From an uncultured Ferrovum sp. (GTDB taxonomy: Bacteria > Pseudomonadota > Gammaproteobacteria > Burkholderiales > Ferrovaceae): a stretch of 64,000 nucleotides of DNA. The translations under genes and the position numbers were made by a program. Each line of letters starts with the position of its first letter. The first letter of the stretch is position 1. Shown here one piece after another: positions 25,915-34,717 of the stretch. Where the stretch lies: contig CAIPBT010000149.1 in NCBI GenBank assembly GCA_903863375.1, forward strand, positions 4,766-68,765, read 5' to 3'. The notes beneath the pieces are model-generated. The model searched no databases. It was not told the DNA's origin and worked only from the letters and a program-made list of their open reading frames with translations.

Positions 25915-28367
25915 GCCGACACCTCCAGCGTTTCGAATTCCCGCGCCAGGGCAGTGGCGCGTTCGGCTTCCACACGCTCGGCCCAGGGGTCCTTGGCGCC
26001 GCGCAGCGAGGCCAGCAGGCGTTCGAACAGTTCGCGCCGGCGTTCCGCGTGCTCGAGGATTTCCGCCTTGACGTGGTCCAGTCCGACCCGTTCAACGTAG
26101 TGGCAGGTGCGCTCCAGGTACCAGCCCTCTTCCCGATACAGCTGCAGGAAAGCACCGGAATACTCCATCACTTCCTCATCACTTTTCACCTTGACCAGGA
26201 ACTGCGCCACCTCGGTCTTGATGCCGCCATTGCCGGCGACATAGATCTCGTAACCGGAATCCACGCCGATCACGCCGACATCCTTGATGCCCGCCTCGGC
26301 GCAATTGCGTGGACAGCCAGAGACGGCCAGCTTGACCTTGTGCGGGCTGTACATGTCGAACAGCATCTTCTCGAGCTTCACCCCCAGGTCCATCGACCGC
26401 TGCGTGCCGAAACGGCAATGTTCGGCACCGACACAGGTTTTCACGGTGCGGATCGACTTGCCGTAGGCATGGCCGGACACCATGCCGGCCGCGTTCAGGT
26501 CTGCCCAGATCTTCGGCAGGTCATCCTTGCGGATGCCCAGCAGGTCGATGCGTTGACCGCCGGTGACTTTGATGGTGGGTACGGCATATTTCTCGGCAGC
26601 ATCGGCAATCGCCCGCAGTTCTCCCGGGGTGGTCAGGCCACCCCACATGCGCGGCACGACCGAGTAGGTGCCGTCTTTCTGGATGTTGGCATGGGCACGT
26701 TCGTTGATGAAGCGGCTCTGCGGATCGTCGGTGGCTTCGTGCGGCCAGGTCGACAGGCAGTAGTAGTTGAGGGCCGGACGGCAGGTGGCGCAGCCACTCG
26801 GTGTCTTCCACTGCAGGGCCTTCATGGCCTGCAGGGCGGACAGCAGGTGTTGCGCCTTGATGGCGGCGCGCACGTCGCCATGCGAATGGTCAGTACATCC
26901 GCACACCGGTTTGTCTTTCGACTGGGCTGTCTGGTAAGCGCCGCCCAGGGTGGACGCCAGGATCTGTTCCACGAGGCCCGTGCACGACCCGCAGCTGCTC
27001 GAGGCCTTGGTGTGCTTGCGCACGTCATCCAGGGTGAACAGGCCATTGCCCTTGATTGCCTTGACGATGGCCCCTTTGCACACGCCGTTGCAACCGCAGA
27101 CTTCCGCCTCATCTGGCAGGTTGGCCGCCAGGGTTTCGCCCTTGTGGCCGACATCACCCAACCCATTCTGGCCAAACAGCAGATGATCGCGGATCGGGTG
27201 GATATCCTGTTGGTCTTTCAGCAGTTTGAAGTACCAGGAGCCATCGGCGGTGTCGCCGATCATCACGGCGCCCACCACCCGGTTGTCGCGCACCACCACG
27301 CGCTTGTAGACGCCCAGGCCAGGGTCATGCAGCACGATGTCTTCGGTGTCGTCACCGCCCTCGAAGTTGCCTGCCGAGAAGACATCGATGCCGGTCACTT
27401 TCAGCTTGGTTGACGTGACCGACCCGGTGTAGCGGCCGATACCAAAATGGGCCAGATGATTGGCGCATACCTTCGCCTGTTCGAACAGGGGCGCCACCAG
27501 TCCATATGCAACGCCGCGGTGTTCGGCACATTCGCCCACGGCGTAGATGGCGGGGTCGAAGGTTTGCAGGGTATCGCTCACCAGCACGCCGCGATTGCAC
27601 TGCAGGCCGATCTGACGCGCGAGATCGGTGTTGGGGCGGATGCCCGCTGCCATCACCACAAGATCGGCGGGAATGCTAATGCCGTCCTTGAAACGGACCG
27701 CAGCAACGCGGCCGGATTCGCCTTGCACCAGTTCGCTGGTGTGGTGCTGGAGCAGGAACTTCATGCCCTTGGCCTCCAGGGCCAGCTGCAGCATGCCGCC
27801 GGCCACCCGATCGAGCTGGCGCTCCATGATCCATTCACCGACGTGCACCACGGTGACATCCATGCCGCGCAGCGCAAGTCCGTTGGCGGCCTCCAGGCCC
27901 AGCAGTCCGGCGCCGATCACCACGGCATGCCGATGCACGCGAGCGGCTTCGATCATGCTTTCGGTGTCGGCAATGTCGCGGTAAGCGAGAACCCCAGGCA
28001 GGTCCTTGCCGGGGACCGGCAGGATGAAGGGATTGGAACCAGTGGCGAGCAACAGCCGGTCATACGTGGCTTCGGTGCCATCATCGGCCCGTACCACCCG
28101 ACGGCGCCGGTCAACGGCCACCACCTTGCGGCCGGCATGCAGGGTGATGCCGTTGTCCCGATACCAGTCCAGGTCGTTCAGCATGATCTCGGGCAGCCGC
28201 ATTTCGCCGGACAGCACCGGCGAGAGCAGGATGCGGTTGTAGTTGCCATGGGGTTCGGCCCCGAACACGGTGATGTCGTAGCGCTCTGGATCGAGTTTCA
28301 GCAGCTCTTCCAGCGTGCGTACCCCTGCCATGCCATTGCCAATCATCACGAGTTTCTGTTTCTGCAT
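25911..28367 (-). CDS. nirB: NAD(P)H-dependent assimilatory nitrite reductase large subunit
   Basis: MQKQKLVMIGNGMAGVRTLEELL (FAD fold), a BFD-like CGCNGVCKG, and a sirohaem/4Fe-4S region (SGCPRNCAEA). ATG at 28367 follows GGGGAG. The upstream 33 codons of the longest ORF were rejected. Confidence 0.9.
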   Translation of the reverse strand: MQKQKLVMIGNGMAGVRTLEELLKLDPERYDITVFGAEPHGNYNRILLSPVLSGEMRLPEIMLNDLDWYRDNGITLHAGRKVVAVDRRRRVVRADDGTEATYDRLLLATGSNPFILPVPGKDLPGVLAYRDIADTESMIEAARVHRHAVVIGAGLLGLEAANGLALRGMDVTVVHVGEWIMERQLDRVAGGMLQLALEAKGMKFLLQHHTSELVQGESGRVAAVRFKDGISIPADLVVMAAGIRPNTDLARQIGLQCNRGVLVSDTLQTFDPAIYAVGECAEHRGVAYGLVAPLFEQAKVCANHLAHFGIGRYTGSVTSTKLKVTGIDVFSAGNFEGGDDTEDIVLHDPGLGVYKRVVVRDNRVVGAVMIGDTADGSWYFKLLKDQQDIHPIRDHLLFGQNGLGDVGHKGETLAANLPDEAEVCGCNGVCKGAIVKAIKGNGLFTLDDVRKHTKASSSCGSCTGLVEQILASTLGGAYQTAQSKDKPVCGCTDHSHGDVRAAIKAQHLLSALQAMKALQWKTPSGCATCRPALNYYCLSTWPHEATDDPQSRFINERAHANIQKDGTYSVVPRMWGGLTTPGELRAIADAAEKYAVPTIKVTGGQRIDLLGIRKDDLPKIWADLNAAGMVSGHAYGKSIRTVKTCVGAEHCRFGTQRSMDLGVKLEKMLFDMYSPHKVKLAVSGCPRNCAEAGIKDVGVIGVDSGYEIYVAGNGGIKTEVAQFLVKVKSDEEVMEYSGAFLQLYREEGWYLERTCHYVERVGLDHVKAEILEHAERRRELFERLLASLRGAKDPWAERVEAERATALAREFETLEVSA

Positions 28368-28420
28368 CTGCTGCTCCCCTTCAAGGATCTGCCGGCGCCC
28401 CTGTCCGCCCGCCGGAATGC

Positions 28421-28453
28421 AAAAACCCACCGGTGCCCAAGGCACGGGTGGGT
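28421..28453 (-). terminator. Intrinsic terminator inside the nirB leader (candidate antitermination target)
   Basis: Minus strand reads ACCCACCCGTGCC-ttg-GGCACCGGTGGGT followed by TTTTGCATT. The stem has 12 of 13 pairs and lies 53 nt upstream of the nirB ATG. Confidence 0.6.
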
Positions 28454-28502
28454 TCGACTTGCCCACGGGGCATCATCGTCGTTGCCCACGTTTCGACATC
28501 AA

Positions 28503-28517
28503 GCAAATAGCGGGCCA
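28503..28517 (-). promoter_or_regulatory. Sigma54 (-24/-12) promoter of the nitrate-assimilation operon
   Basis: Minus strand reads TTGGCCCGctatTTGCTT, against the consensus TGGCACG-N4-TTGCW. The GG-GC spacing is exact and there is one mismatch. Confidence 0.55.
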
Positions 28518-28772
28518 AAAGCCGGGCGGACGCTTGGGAAGCCTGCCGCGTCGGCAGGTCGTGGCATCCAAGGGAACGGCCGGTGCCCTGCAGCCGATGT
28601 CCATGCACTGATCAGGGGCCGGTGCGGCGAACCGGGCGCTGCGCTGGTGCAAGGCTACTGTGCTGGCCGGGGATCGGCGCCCTGGGGGGCTTGTGCACGG
28701 CGGGGGTGCGATGCATCCTAACCACGGTGAATCCGCGGTGCGGATGATGCCCTGTCATAAGGAGGGGATGGC

Positions 28773-29339
28773 ATGTCACCGATCCTGTCGCAACCGACTG
28801 CCCGGCTGCATCTGGCCAGCCCCTGGGGGCCCCTGATGGCGCTGGCGACGGCTGACGCCCTGTGCGGTGTCTATTTTGAAGACCAGGACGATTTCCCGGA
28901 TCTGCAGGGTATTCCTGACCGATCGGCGCCCGTACTGGAACGGTTCGCGCAGCGCTTTGACCACTATCTGGCCGGAGCGCCCGTGATCTTCGATCTGCCC
29001 CTGGCTGCCGGCGGCACCGCTTTCCAGCGTGCCGTCTGGGAAGAACTGGCGCGATGTCCCCATGGCGTCACCTGGACGTACGGGGCGCTCGCGCAGCGCA
29101 TCGGCCGACCCAAGGCCGTTCGTGCTGTGGGTCAGGCCGTTGGTCGCAACCCCTGGATCATCGTGGTGCCCTGTCATCGGGTGCTGGCGGCAGGCGGTAC
29201 CTTGGGCGGGTTTTCGGCGGGGCTTCCGCGCAAGCGTAGCCTGCTCGCCCTCGAAGGCGTTCAGGTCGCAGCAGACCCTCAAATGGCGCTGCTGCCGGCC
29301 GGGGCGGGTGGATCATGCGACCGGATCGGCATGGCCTGA
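28773..29339 (+). CDS. ogt: Methylated-DNA--protein-cysteine methyltransferase
   Basis: AAGGAGG SD. GTAFQRAVWEEL...YGALAQRIGRPKAVRAVGQAVGRNPWIIVVPCHRVL includes the PCHRV active site. Confidence 0.9.
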   Translation: MSPILSQPTARLHLASPWGPLMALATADALCGVYFEDQDDFPDLQGIPDRSAPVLERFAQRFDHYLAGAPVIFDLPLAAGGTAFQRAVWEELARCPHGVTWTYGALAQRIGRPKAVRAVGQAVGRNPWIIVVPCHRVLAAGGTLGGFSAGLPRKRSLLALEGVQVAADPQMALLPAGAGGSCDRIGMA

Positions 29340-30050
29340 TCCCCGCAGCAGATACCCTTCGCGCAGCAGGAAATCGCCGCCGGGCGAGGGCTCCTCGAAG
29401 CGCCAAAGCCGTTCGGCCCGTAGCACGGGCAGGTCGCCAAAGTGTTCCTCGGCCGCATGCCGCAGGGCGGTGATCTTTTCCGGGGGCATGCCGGTCAGTG
29501 GTCCGCACAGCGTGAAATGGAAGCGGAAATGATCGAAGACGTGGGCATACGACCACGCCATCACCCGTGCACGCACGTCGTCGGTGGTGCCTGGTGGGCA
29601 GCGACGTGCCAGCGTCACCGCATCGAGTGGCGCGGCCAGCGCTTGCAGGTCGCGGACGCAGCAGTCGGCCAAGGCCTGCAACCGGACATTTGCGCCGCCG
29701 GGGACCAGGGCCAGAAACCCATCCAGTTGCACAACCTGCAGCGGCGGCAGGTCAAAAACAGGGTGGTTCTGCCCCAGTTGTCTGAGCGCGCGCTGCAGGT
29801 CCGGAAGGGTGCAGGCTGCCGCCAGCCGGAATGGAGCTTTCAGGGTGGCGTGCCAGCCATAGCGGCGCGGGGCTGCGGTCACTGACCATTGTTCCTCCCG
29901 GGTCAGGGCGGCGATGGGCGGCTGCACGGCCAGCTGCCCACTGGCAGCGCAGCGTCCGAGCCAGCTGCTGCCAGCTTCCCACCACGGACTGCCCGGCGGG
30001 GGGGCGAAATAAACGGCTTGTCGCACAGGCGTGATCTCGGGGTAGGGCAA
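29313..30050 (-). CDS. DUF1045 / 2H-phosphoesterase-superfamily phosphonate-metabolism protein
   Basis: Two HxT(L) motifs, GWHATLKAPF and FRFHFTLCGPL. Divergent from phnG. The 3' end overlaps ogt by 27 nt (convergent). Confidence 0.75.
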   Translation of the reverse strand: MPYPEITPVRQAVYFAPPPGSPWWEAGSSWLGRCAASGQLAVQPPIAALTREEQWSVTAAPRRYGWHATLKAPFRLAAACTLPDLQRALRQLGQNHPVFDLPPLQVVQLDGFLALVPGGANVRLQALADCCVRDLQALAAPLDAVTLARRCPPGTTDDVRARVMAWSYAHVFDHFRFHFTLCGPLTGMPPEKITALRHAAEEHFGDLPVLRAERLWRFEEPSPGGDFLLREGYLLRGSGHADPVA

Positions 30051-30080
30051 GACAGTTCGGGCAAGACTTGCGGCGTGCGC

Positions 30081-30098
30081 TTGTCACAAGACCGACAT
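30081..30098 (+). promoter_or_regulatory. Pho-box-like element facing phnG
   Basis: TTGTCAC-AAGA-CCGACAT scores 5/7 plus 5/7 against CTGTCAT-N4-CTGTCAY. A TAAGCT -10 candidate lies 10 nt downstream. Confidence 0.4.
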
Positions 30099-30125
30099 GC
30101 CGCACCCGTAAGCTGCCAGATTGTG

Positions 30126-30143
30126 CTGACAGTATGTTGACAG
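30126..30143 (-). promoter_or_regulatory. Pho box facing the DUF1045 gene
   Basis: Minus strand reads CTGTCAA-CATA-CTGTCAG, with 6/7 in each half-site and correct 7+4+7 geometry. Confidence 0.6.
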
Positions 30144-30200
30144 ACGGTAACCGCGATCATCGCCTCTGACCTGAATCCAAACCCCTCCTGGGAAGCGGCC

Positions 30201-30701
30201 GTGTCCTCGGCGGCAGGGCCGCAGGCCCAACGGGCAGCCTGGATTGCCCTGCTGGCCCGGGCACCGCTGGATTTGCTCGAAGCCGGGCTGGCCGACCATC
30301 AGACCCTTGCCGTGCACTGGCTGCGCCGGCCGGAGACCGGGCTGATGATGGTCCAGGCGCGTGCCGGCGGAAATGGGGCGCGCTTCAACCTTGGCGAAGT
30401 GACGGTCACGCGCGCCACCTTACGCCTGGCTGAGAGATCGGCTGCGACCGCCGTCGGCGTCAGCTACGTCCTCGGGCGCTCGCACCGTCACGCTGAACTG
30501 GCCGCCTTGGCCGATGCGCTGTTGCAGCTGCCCGAGCAGCGGGCGGCTGTGCAGCGTCGGGTGCTGGTGCCGGTGGGTGCCTGGCTGGAGCAGGAGGTTC
30601 GCGCGCGCGCCGCGCGCACCGCCAGCACCCGGGTGGATTTTTTTACGGTCGCCCGACAGGCCGGCCAGGGCGATGTCGACGAACGTGATGAACCGAACTG
30701 A
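30201..30701 (+). CDS. phnG: C-P lyase core complex subunit PhnG
   Basis: GTG start. RAAWIALLARAP...HWLRRPETGLMMVQARAGGNGARFNLGEVTVTR. Confidence 0.85.
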   Translation: MSSAAGPQAQRAAWIALLARAPLDLLEAGLADHQTLAVHWLRRPETGLMMVQARAGGNGARFNLGEVTVTRATLRLAERSAATAVGVSYVLGRSHRHAELAALADALLQLPEQRAAVQRRVLVPVGAWLEQEVRARAARTASTRVDFFTVARQAGQGDVDERDEPN

Positions 30702-30722
30702 TCTCTCCGGCGGACCCGGCGC

Positions 30723-31382
30723 ATGAGTGCGATCGATCTTCAACAGCTCGGGGCCGGATTTTCCCATCCTGCCTTCGGTAGCCAGGCAATTTTCCGGCAG
30801 GTGTTGCAGGCTTTGGCTGGACCTGGCAGCGAACACCGCTTGCAGCACGATGCCGAGTGGCCGGGACAGGGCGATGAGGCTGCTGCAGTGGCGCTGCTCG
30901 CCCTGCTCGATGCCGATTGCCGCCTGTGGTTGTCTGGTGGATTGCGTCATGGCCCGGTCGCCGCGTGGCTGCGTTTTCACACGGGTTGCCAACTGGTTGA
31001 TCATCCCGGTGAGTCTCAATTTGCGTGGTTTGCCCGAGGCGACCAGTGGCCGGCCCTGACCGAATGCGCCACTGGAACCGACCAGTATCCCGACCAGTCG
31101 ACCACCTGCCTGCTGGAAGCCTCGCTGGGCCTGGTCGAGGGCAGCACGACCGCGGCGCCCGGCGAGGCGATGGCACCGTCGAGCTGGATCCTGAGCGGTC
31201 CGGGACTGCAGCAGCCGCGTACGGTCGTGATCGCCGGCCTGCCAGCCGACTTCGCGGCGCAGTGGCAGGCCAATCACGACAGCTTTCCCCGAGGGGTTGA
31301 CCTGCTGATCACCAGCGGACCACGCCTGATGGGCCTGCCGCGTAGCACGCGCGTCCAGCCTGCGCCGATGGGAGGGCGTTGA
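30723..31382 (+). CDS. phnH: C-P lyase subunit PhnH
   Basis: SQAIFRQVLQALAGPG...LLALLDADCRLWLS...WLRFHTGC...GVDLLITSG...LPRST. Confidence 0.85.
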   Translation: MSAIDLQQLGAGFSHPAFGSQAIFRQVLQALAGPGSEHRLQHDAEWPGQGDEAAAVALLALLDADCRLWLSGGLRHGPVAAWLRFHTGCQLVDHPGESQFAWFARGDQWPALTECATGTDQYPDQSTTCLLEASLGLVEGSTTAAPGEAMAPSSWILSGPGLQQPRTVVIAGLPADFAAQWQANHDSFPRGVDLLITSGPRLMGLPRSTRVQPAPMGGR

Positions 31383-31383
31383 G

Positions 31384-32541
31384 ATGTATGTAGCGGTCAA
31401 GGGCGGTGAAGCCGCCATCCTCAACAGCTATCGGCTGCTGGCGGCGCAGCGGCGTGGTTCGGCCCGCCATGCCGAGCTGACGGTCGGGCAGATCCGCGAA
31501 CAGCTCAAGCTGGCGGTCGATCGGGTGATGACCGAGGGCTCGGTTTTCGATCCCGAACTGGCGGCGCTCGCCATCAAGCAGGCAGCGGGCGACCTGACCG
31601 AAGCGATCTTTCTGCTGCGCGCCTACCGGGCCACCCTGCCGCGTTTTGGCAGTACGGAACCGCTGGAGACGGGCCGGATGCGGCTGGAACGGCGCATTTC
31701 GGCAACGTTCAAGGACCTGCCCGGCGGCCAGGTGCTCGGGCCAACCTACGATTACACCCAGCGCCTGCTCGACTTCCGCCTTCTGGCGGAAAGTGCCCCC
31801 GCCAGCTTGGCGACGGTTGAATCGGCCGTGGGTGAACAGGCAAAGGGCGCGCCGGCAGCGGTGGCAACGGCAGCGGTGGCAGGGGCAGGGGCAATGGCAA
31901 CGGCGACGGCAGGGGCTGAGCCGAGCCCCCGGGTGCTGGATCTGCTCAACCGGGAGGGGCTGATTGAGCCTGCCGGCATGCCCGCGGGCGATCCGGCGCC
32001 GCCGGACCTGACGCGTGAGCCGCTGGGCTTTCCGGCAAGCCGGCCAACCCGGCTGCAGAACCTGGCGCGGGCCGATGAAGGTTTTCTGCTGGCGATGGCC
32101 TATTCCACCCAGCGCGGCTACTCGCACAGCCATCCCTTCGTTGGCGAGCTGCGGTTTGGCCGGATAGCCGTGGAAATCCGGCCGGAGGAGCTCGATTTCG
32201 CGCTCTCGATCGGCGATATCGAGGTCACCGAATGCGAGATGGTGAACCAGTTTGCCGGCAGCAAGGTCGAGCCGCCAGCCTTCACGCGCGGCTATGGCCT
32301 GAGTTTTGGCCACGGCGAGCGCAAGGCCATGGCGATGAGCCTGGTCGATCGTGCCCTGCGCGCCGAGGAACTGGGCGAGCGCGTCGAGGCCCCGGCACAG
32401 ATGCAGGAATTTGTGCTGTCGCACAGCGACAGCCTGGAGTCGTCCGGATTTGTGCAGCACCTGAAAATGCCGCATTACGTCGATTTTCAGGCCGAACTGG
32501 ATCTGGTGCGACGCCTGCGGGCGGCAGCATCCACCCCATGA
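31384..32541 (+). CDS. phnI: C-P lyase subunit PhnI
   Basis: MYVAVKGGEAAILNSYRLLA...EGSVFDPELAALAIKQAAGD...AYSTQRGY. Contains an Ala/Gly/Thr-rich insert encoded at about 31855-31917. Confidence 0.9.
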   Translation: MYVAVKGGEAAILNSYRLLAAQRRGSARHAELTVGQIREQLKLAVDRVMTEGSVFDPELAALAIKQAAGDLTEAIFLLRAYRATLPRFGSTEPLETGRMRLERRISATFKDLPGGQVLGPTYDYTQRLLDFRLLAESAPASLATVESAVGEQAKGAPAAVATAAVAGAGAMATATAGAEPSPRVLDLLNREGLIEPAGMPAGDPAPPDLTREPLGFPASRPTRLQNLARADEGFLLAMAYSTQRGYSHSHPFVGELRFGRIAVEIRPEELDFALSIGDIEVTECEMVNQFAGSKVEPPAFTRGYGLSFGHGERKAMAMSLVDRALRAEELGERVEAPAQMQEFVLSHSDSLESSGFVQHLKMPHYVDFQAELDLVRRLRAAASTP

Positions 32542-33425
32542 ACGCACGCGACGACACGCCGGCCATGCCCTCGGCAGAGGGCGAGGGACGCGATCCTGAG
32601 ATCAGCTTTGCCTATCTCGACGAGCGTACCAAACGCATGATCCGCCGCACCATCCTGAAGGCGGTGGCCATTCCGGGATATCAGGTGCCGTTCGCCTCGC
32701 GCGAGATGCCGCTGCCCTACGGCTGGGGCACAGGTGGCATTCAGGTCACCGCCGCCATGATCGGGCCACTGGATGTGCTGAAGGTGATCGACCAAGGCTC
32801 GGACGACACCGTGAATGCGGTCAACATCCGTCGTTTCTTTGCCCGTGCCACGGGCGTGCGCACCACCACACGCACCTCGGAGGCCACCCTGATCCAGACC
32901 CGTCACCGCATTCCGGAAACGCCGCTGCGCGCGGGCCAAGTGATCATCTATCAGGTGCCCGCCCCGGAGCCCATGCAGCAGCTCGAGCCGCGCGAAGCCG
33001 AAACCCGCACCCTGCATGGCTTAGCGGAATATGGCCTGATGCATGTCAAGTTGTACGAGGACATCGCGCGGTTCGGGCACGTGGCCACCACCTACGATTA
33101 TCCGGTGCTGGTCAACCACCGCTATGTGATGGCGCCATCGCCCATCCCGAAATTCGACAACCCCAAGATGCACTTGAATCCGGCCCTCCAGCTGTTTGGA
33201 GCCGGCCGCGAAAAGCGGATTTATGCGGTGCCACCCTATACCGCTGTGGAGAGCCTGGGCTTTGAGGATCATCCCTTCGAGATCCAGCGCTGGGATGTCC
33301 GTTGCGGCCTGTGCGGGGCCGGTGACAGTTTCCTGGACGAGGTGATCGTGGACGATCAGGGCACGCGCCTGCATGTGTGTTCCGACTCCGATTACTGTCA
33401 AACCCGCCGGGTGGAACAGGCATGA
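32538..33425 (+). CDS. phnJ: C-P lyase radical-SAM subunit PhnJ
   Basis: ATGA overlap with phnI. FAYLDERTKRMIRR, PLPYGWGTGGIQVT and the Cys cluster CGLCGAGDSFLDEV...VCSDSDYC. Confidence 0.9.
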   Translation: MNARDDTPAMPSAEGEGRDPEISFAYLDERTKRMIRRTILKAVAIPGYQVPFASREMPLPYGWGTGGIQVTAAMIGPLDVLKVIDQGSDDTVNAVNIRRFFARATGVRTTTRTSEATLIQTRHRIPETPLRAGQVIIYQVPAPEPMQQLEPREAETRTLHGLAEYGLMHVKLYEDIARFGHVATTYDYPVLVNHRYVMAPSPIPKFDNPKMHLNPALQLFGAGREKRIYAVPPYTAVESLGFEDHPFEIQRWDVRCGLCGAGDSFLDEVIVDDQGTRLHVCSDSDYCQTRRVEQA

Positions 33426-33883
33426 ACGGTATCGACTCGCTGCAGTTCACGGTCGCCGGCATCGACGACGTGCCGTGTCTGCTGACCCTCTACGCCAGCC
33501 TCGACCAGGACCCGGCGGCGGCACTCCCGCTGGCGTCGGCCCGGGAGCGCTTCTTGCGCCTGCAGGCCTGGCCCGGCTATCGCATCTTTCTGGCGCGCGA
33601 CCCTGCGACGGATCGGGTGGTGGGTACCTATACCCTGTTGGTGATCGAGCATCTGGCCCACGGCGGCACGCCCTCGGCCGTGGTCGAGAACGTCGTGGTT
33701 GATCCCGGTTGCCAGCGCCAGGGCATTGGTCGTCGCATGATGGCGCATGCCGTGCAGCAGGCGCGGGCGGCGGGTTGTTACAAGCTGGCCCTGTCGTCGA
33801 ACAGCCGGCGTGCGCAGGCGCACGCTTTCTATCGGTCGCTGGGCTTTTCCCAGCATGGCATCAGCTTCCTGATCGAGCCCTGA
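33422..33883 (+). CDS. GNAT N-acetyltransferase (PhnO-like)
   Basis: ATGA overlap with phnJ. VENVVVDPGCQRQGIGRRMM...AGCYKLALSSNSRRAQAHAFYRSLGF is an acetyl-CoA-binding Q/RxxGxG/A motif. Confidence 0.8.
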   Translation: MNGIDSLQFTVAGIDDVPCLLTLYASLDQDPAAALPLASARERFLRLQAWPGYRIFLARDPATDRVVGTYTLLVIEHLAHGGTPSAVVENVVVDPGCQRQGIGRRMMAHAVQQARAAGCYKLALSSNSRRAQAHAFYRSLGFSQHGISFLIEP

Positions 33884-33884
33884 C

Positions 33885-34673
33885 GTGACAGTGTCTTCCC
33901 CGCCTTTGCCGCTGCTGCGCGCGCATGCCTTGACCAAGTCGTATGGCGAGCGGGTGGCCGTGCGCGCCGCCTCCTTTGACCTGTGGCCGGGCGAGGTCCT
34001 GGCGGTGGTGGGCGAATCCGGGTCCGGCAAGTCGACCCTGCTCAACCTGCTCGCAGGGCGCATCCGGCCGGACGACGGCTCGGTATCGTTTCGCCTGCGC
34101 GATGGCACGGCGCTCGACGTGCATGCGGCACCGGAAGCGCAACGGCGCCTGCTGGCCCGTACCGACTGGGGCTTCGTGCACCAGGATGCCGCGCAGGGCT
34201 TGCGCATGGACGTGTCAGCCGGTGCCAATATCGGCGAGCGGCTGATGGGGCTGGGCGAGCGCCATTATGGTCGGCTGCGCGCCACCGCTGCCGAGTGGCT
34301 GGCGCGTGTGGAGATTGATCCGGCTCGCCTGGACGATCCGCCGCGCACCTTCTCCGGCGGGATGCGGCAGCGTCTGCAGATTGCGCGCAATCTCGTCACC
34401 CAGCCGCGGCTGGTGTTCATGGATGAGCCGACCTCAGGACTGGACGTCTCGGTGCAAGCGCGCCTGCTCGATCTGCTGCGTCAGTTGACCGCCCAGCTGG
34501 ATCTGGCCGTGGTGATCGTCACGCACGATCTGGCGGTGGCGCGCCTGCTCACCCAGCGCATGGTGGTGATGCTGCGCGGCGAGATCATCGAAAGTGGGCT
34601 GACTGATCAGGTGCTGGAAGATCCCCAGCATGCGTACACCCAGTTGCTGGTTTCTTCCGTGCTGCAGGCTTGA
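33885..34673 (+). CDS. phnK: C-P lyase ATP-binding subunit PhnK
   Basis: GTG start 1 nt after the GNAT stop. Walker A GESGSGKST, signature FSGGMRQR, Walker B VFMDEPTSGLD. Confidence 0.9.
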   Translation: MTVSSPPLPLLRAHALTKSYGERVAVRAASFDLWPGEVLAVVGESGSGKSTLLNLLAGRIRPDDGSVSFRLRDGTALDVHAAPEAQRRLLARTDWGFVHQDAAQGLRMDVSAGANIGERLMGLGERHYGRLRATAAEWLARVEIDPARLDDPPRTFSGGMRQRLQIARNLVTQPRLVFMDEPTSGLDVSVQARLLDLLRQLTAQLDLAVVIVTHDLAVARLLTQRMVVMLRGEIIESGLTDQVLEDPQHAYTQLLVSSVLQA

Positions 34674-34717
34674 GGGGCGCTGCCCGTCATGCCGATCTGT
34701 CCAGGTCCCGTGTGCCC

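Noticed and set aside
28454-28495. ANTAR-type dual hexaloop hairpins in the nirB leader
   Set aside because: The possible stems (GGGCA/TGCCC and GTGGG/CCCAC) have 9-10-nt loops, not the paired hexaloops with conserved A1/G4. The antiterminator type is therefore left open.
28635-28650. NtrC enhancer half-site TGCACCA (minus strand) upstream of the sigma54 promoter
   Set aside because: Only a half-site is present. No TGCACC-N5-GGTGCA dyad could be found, so it is not called as a feature.
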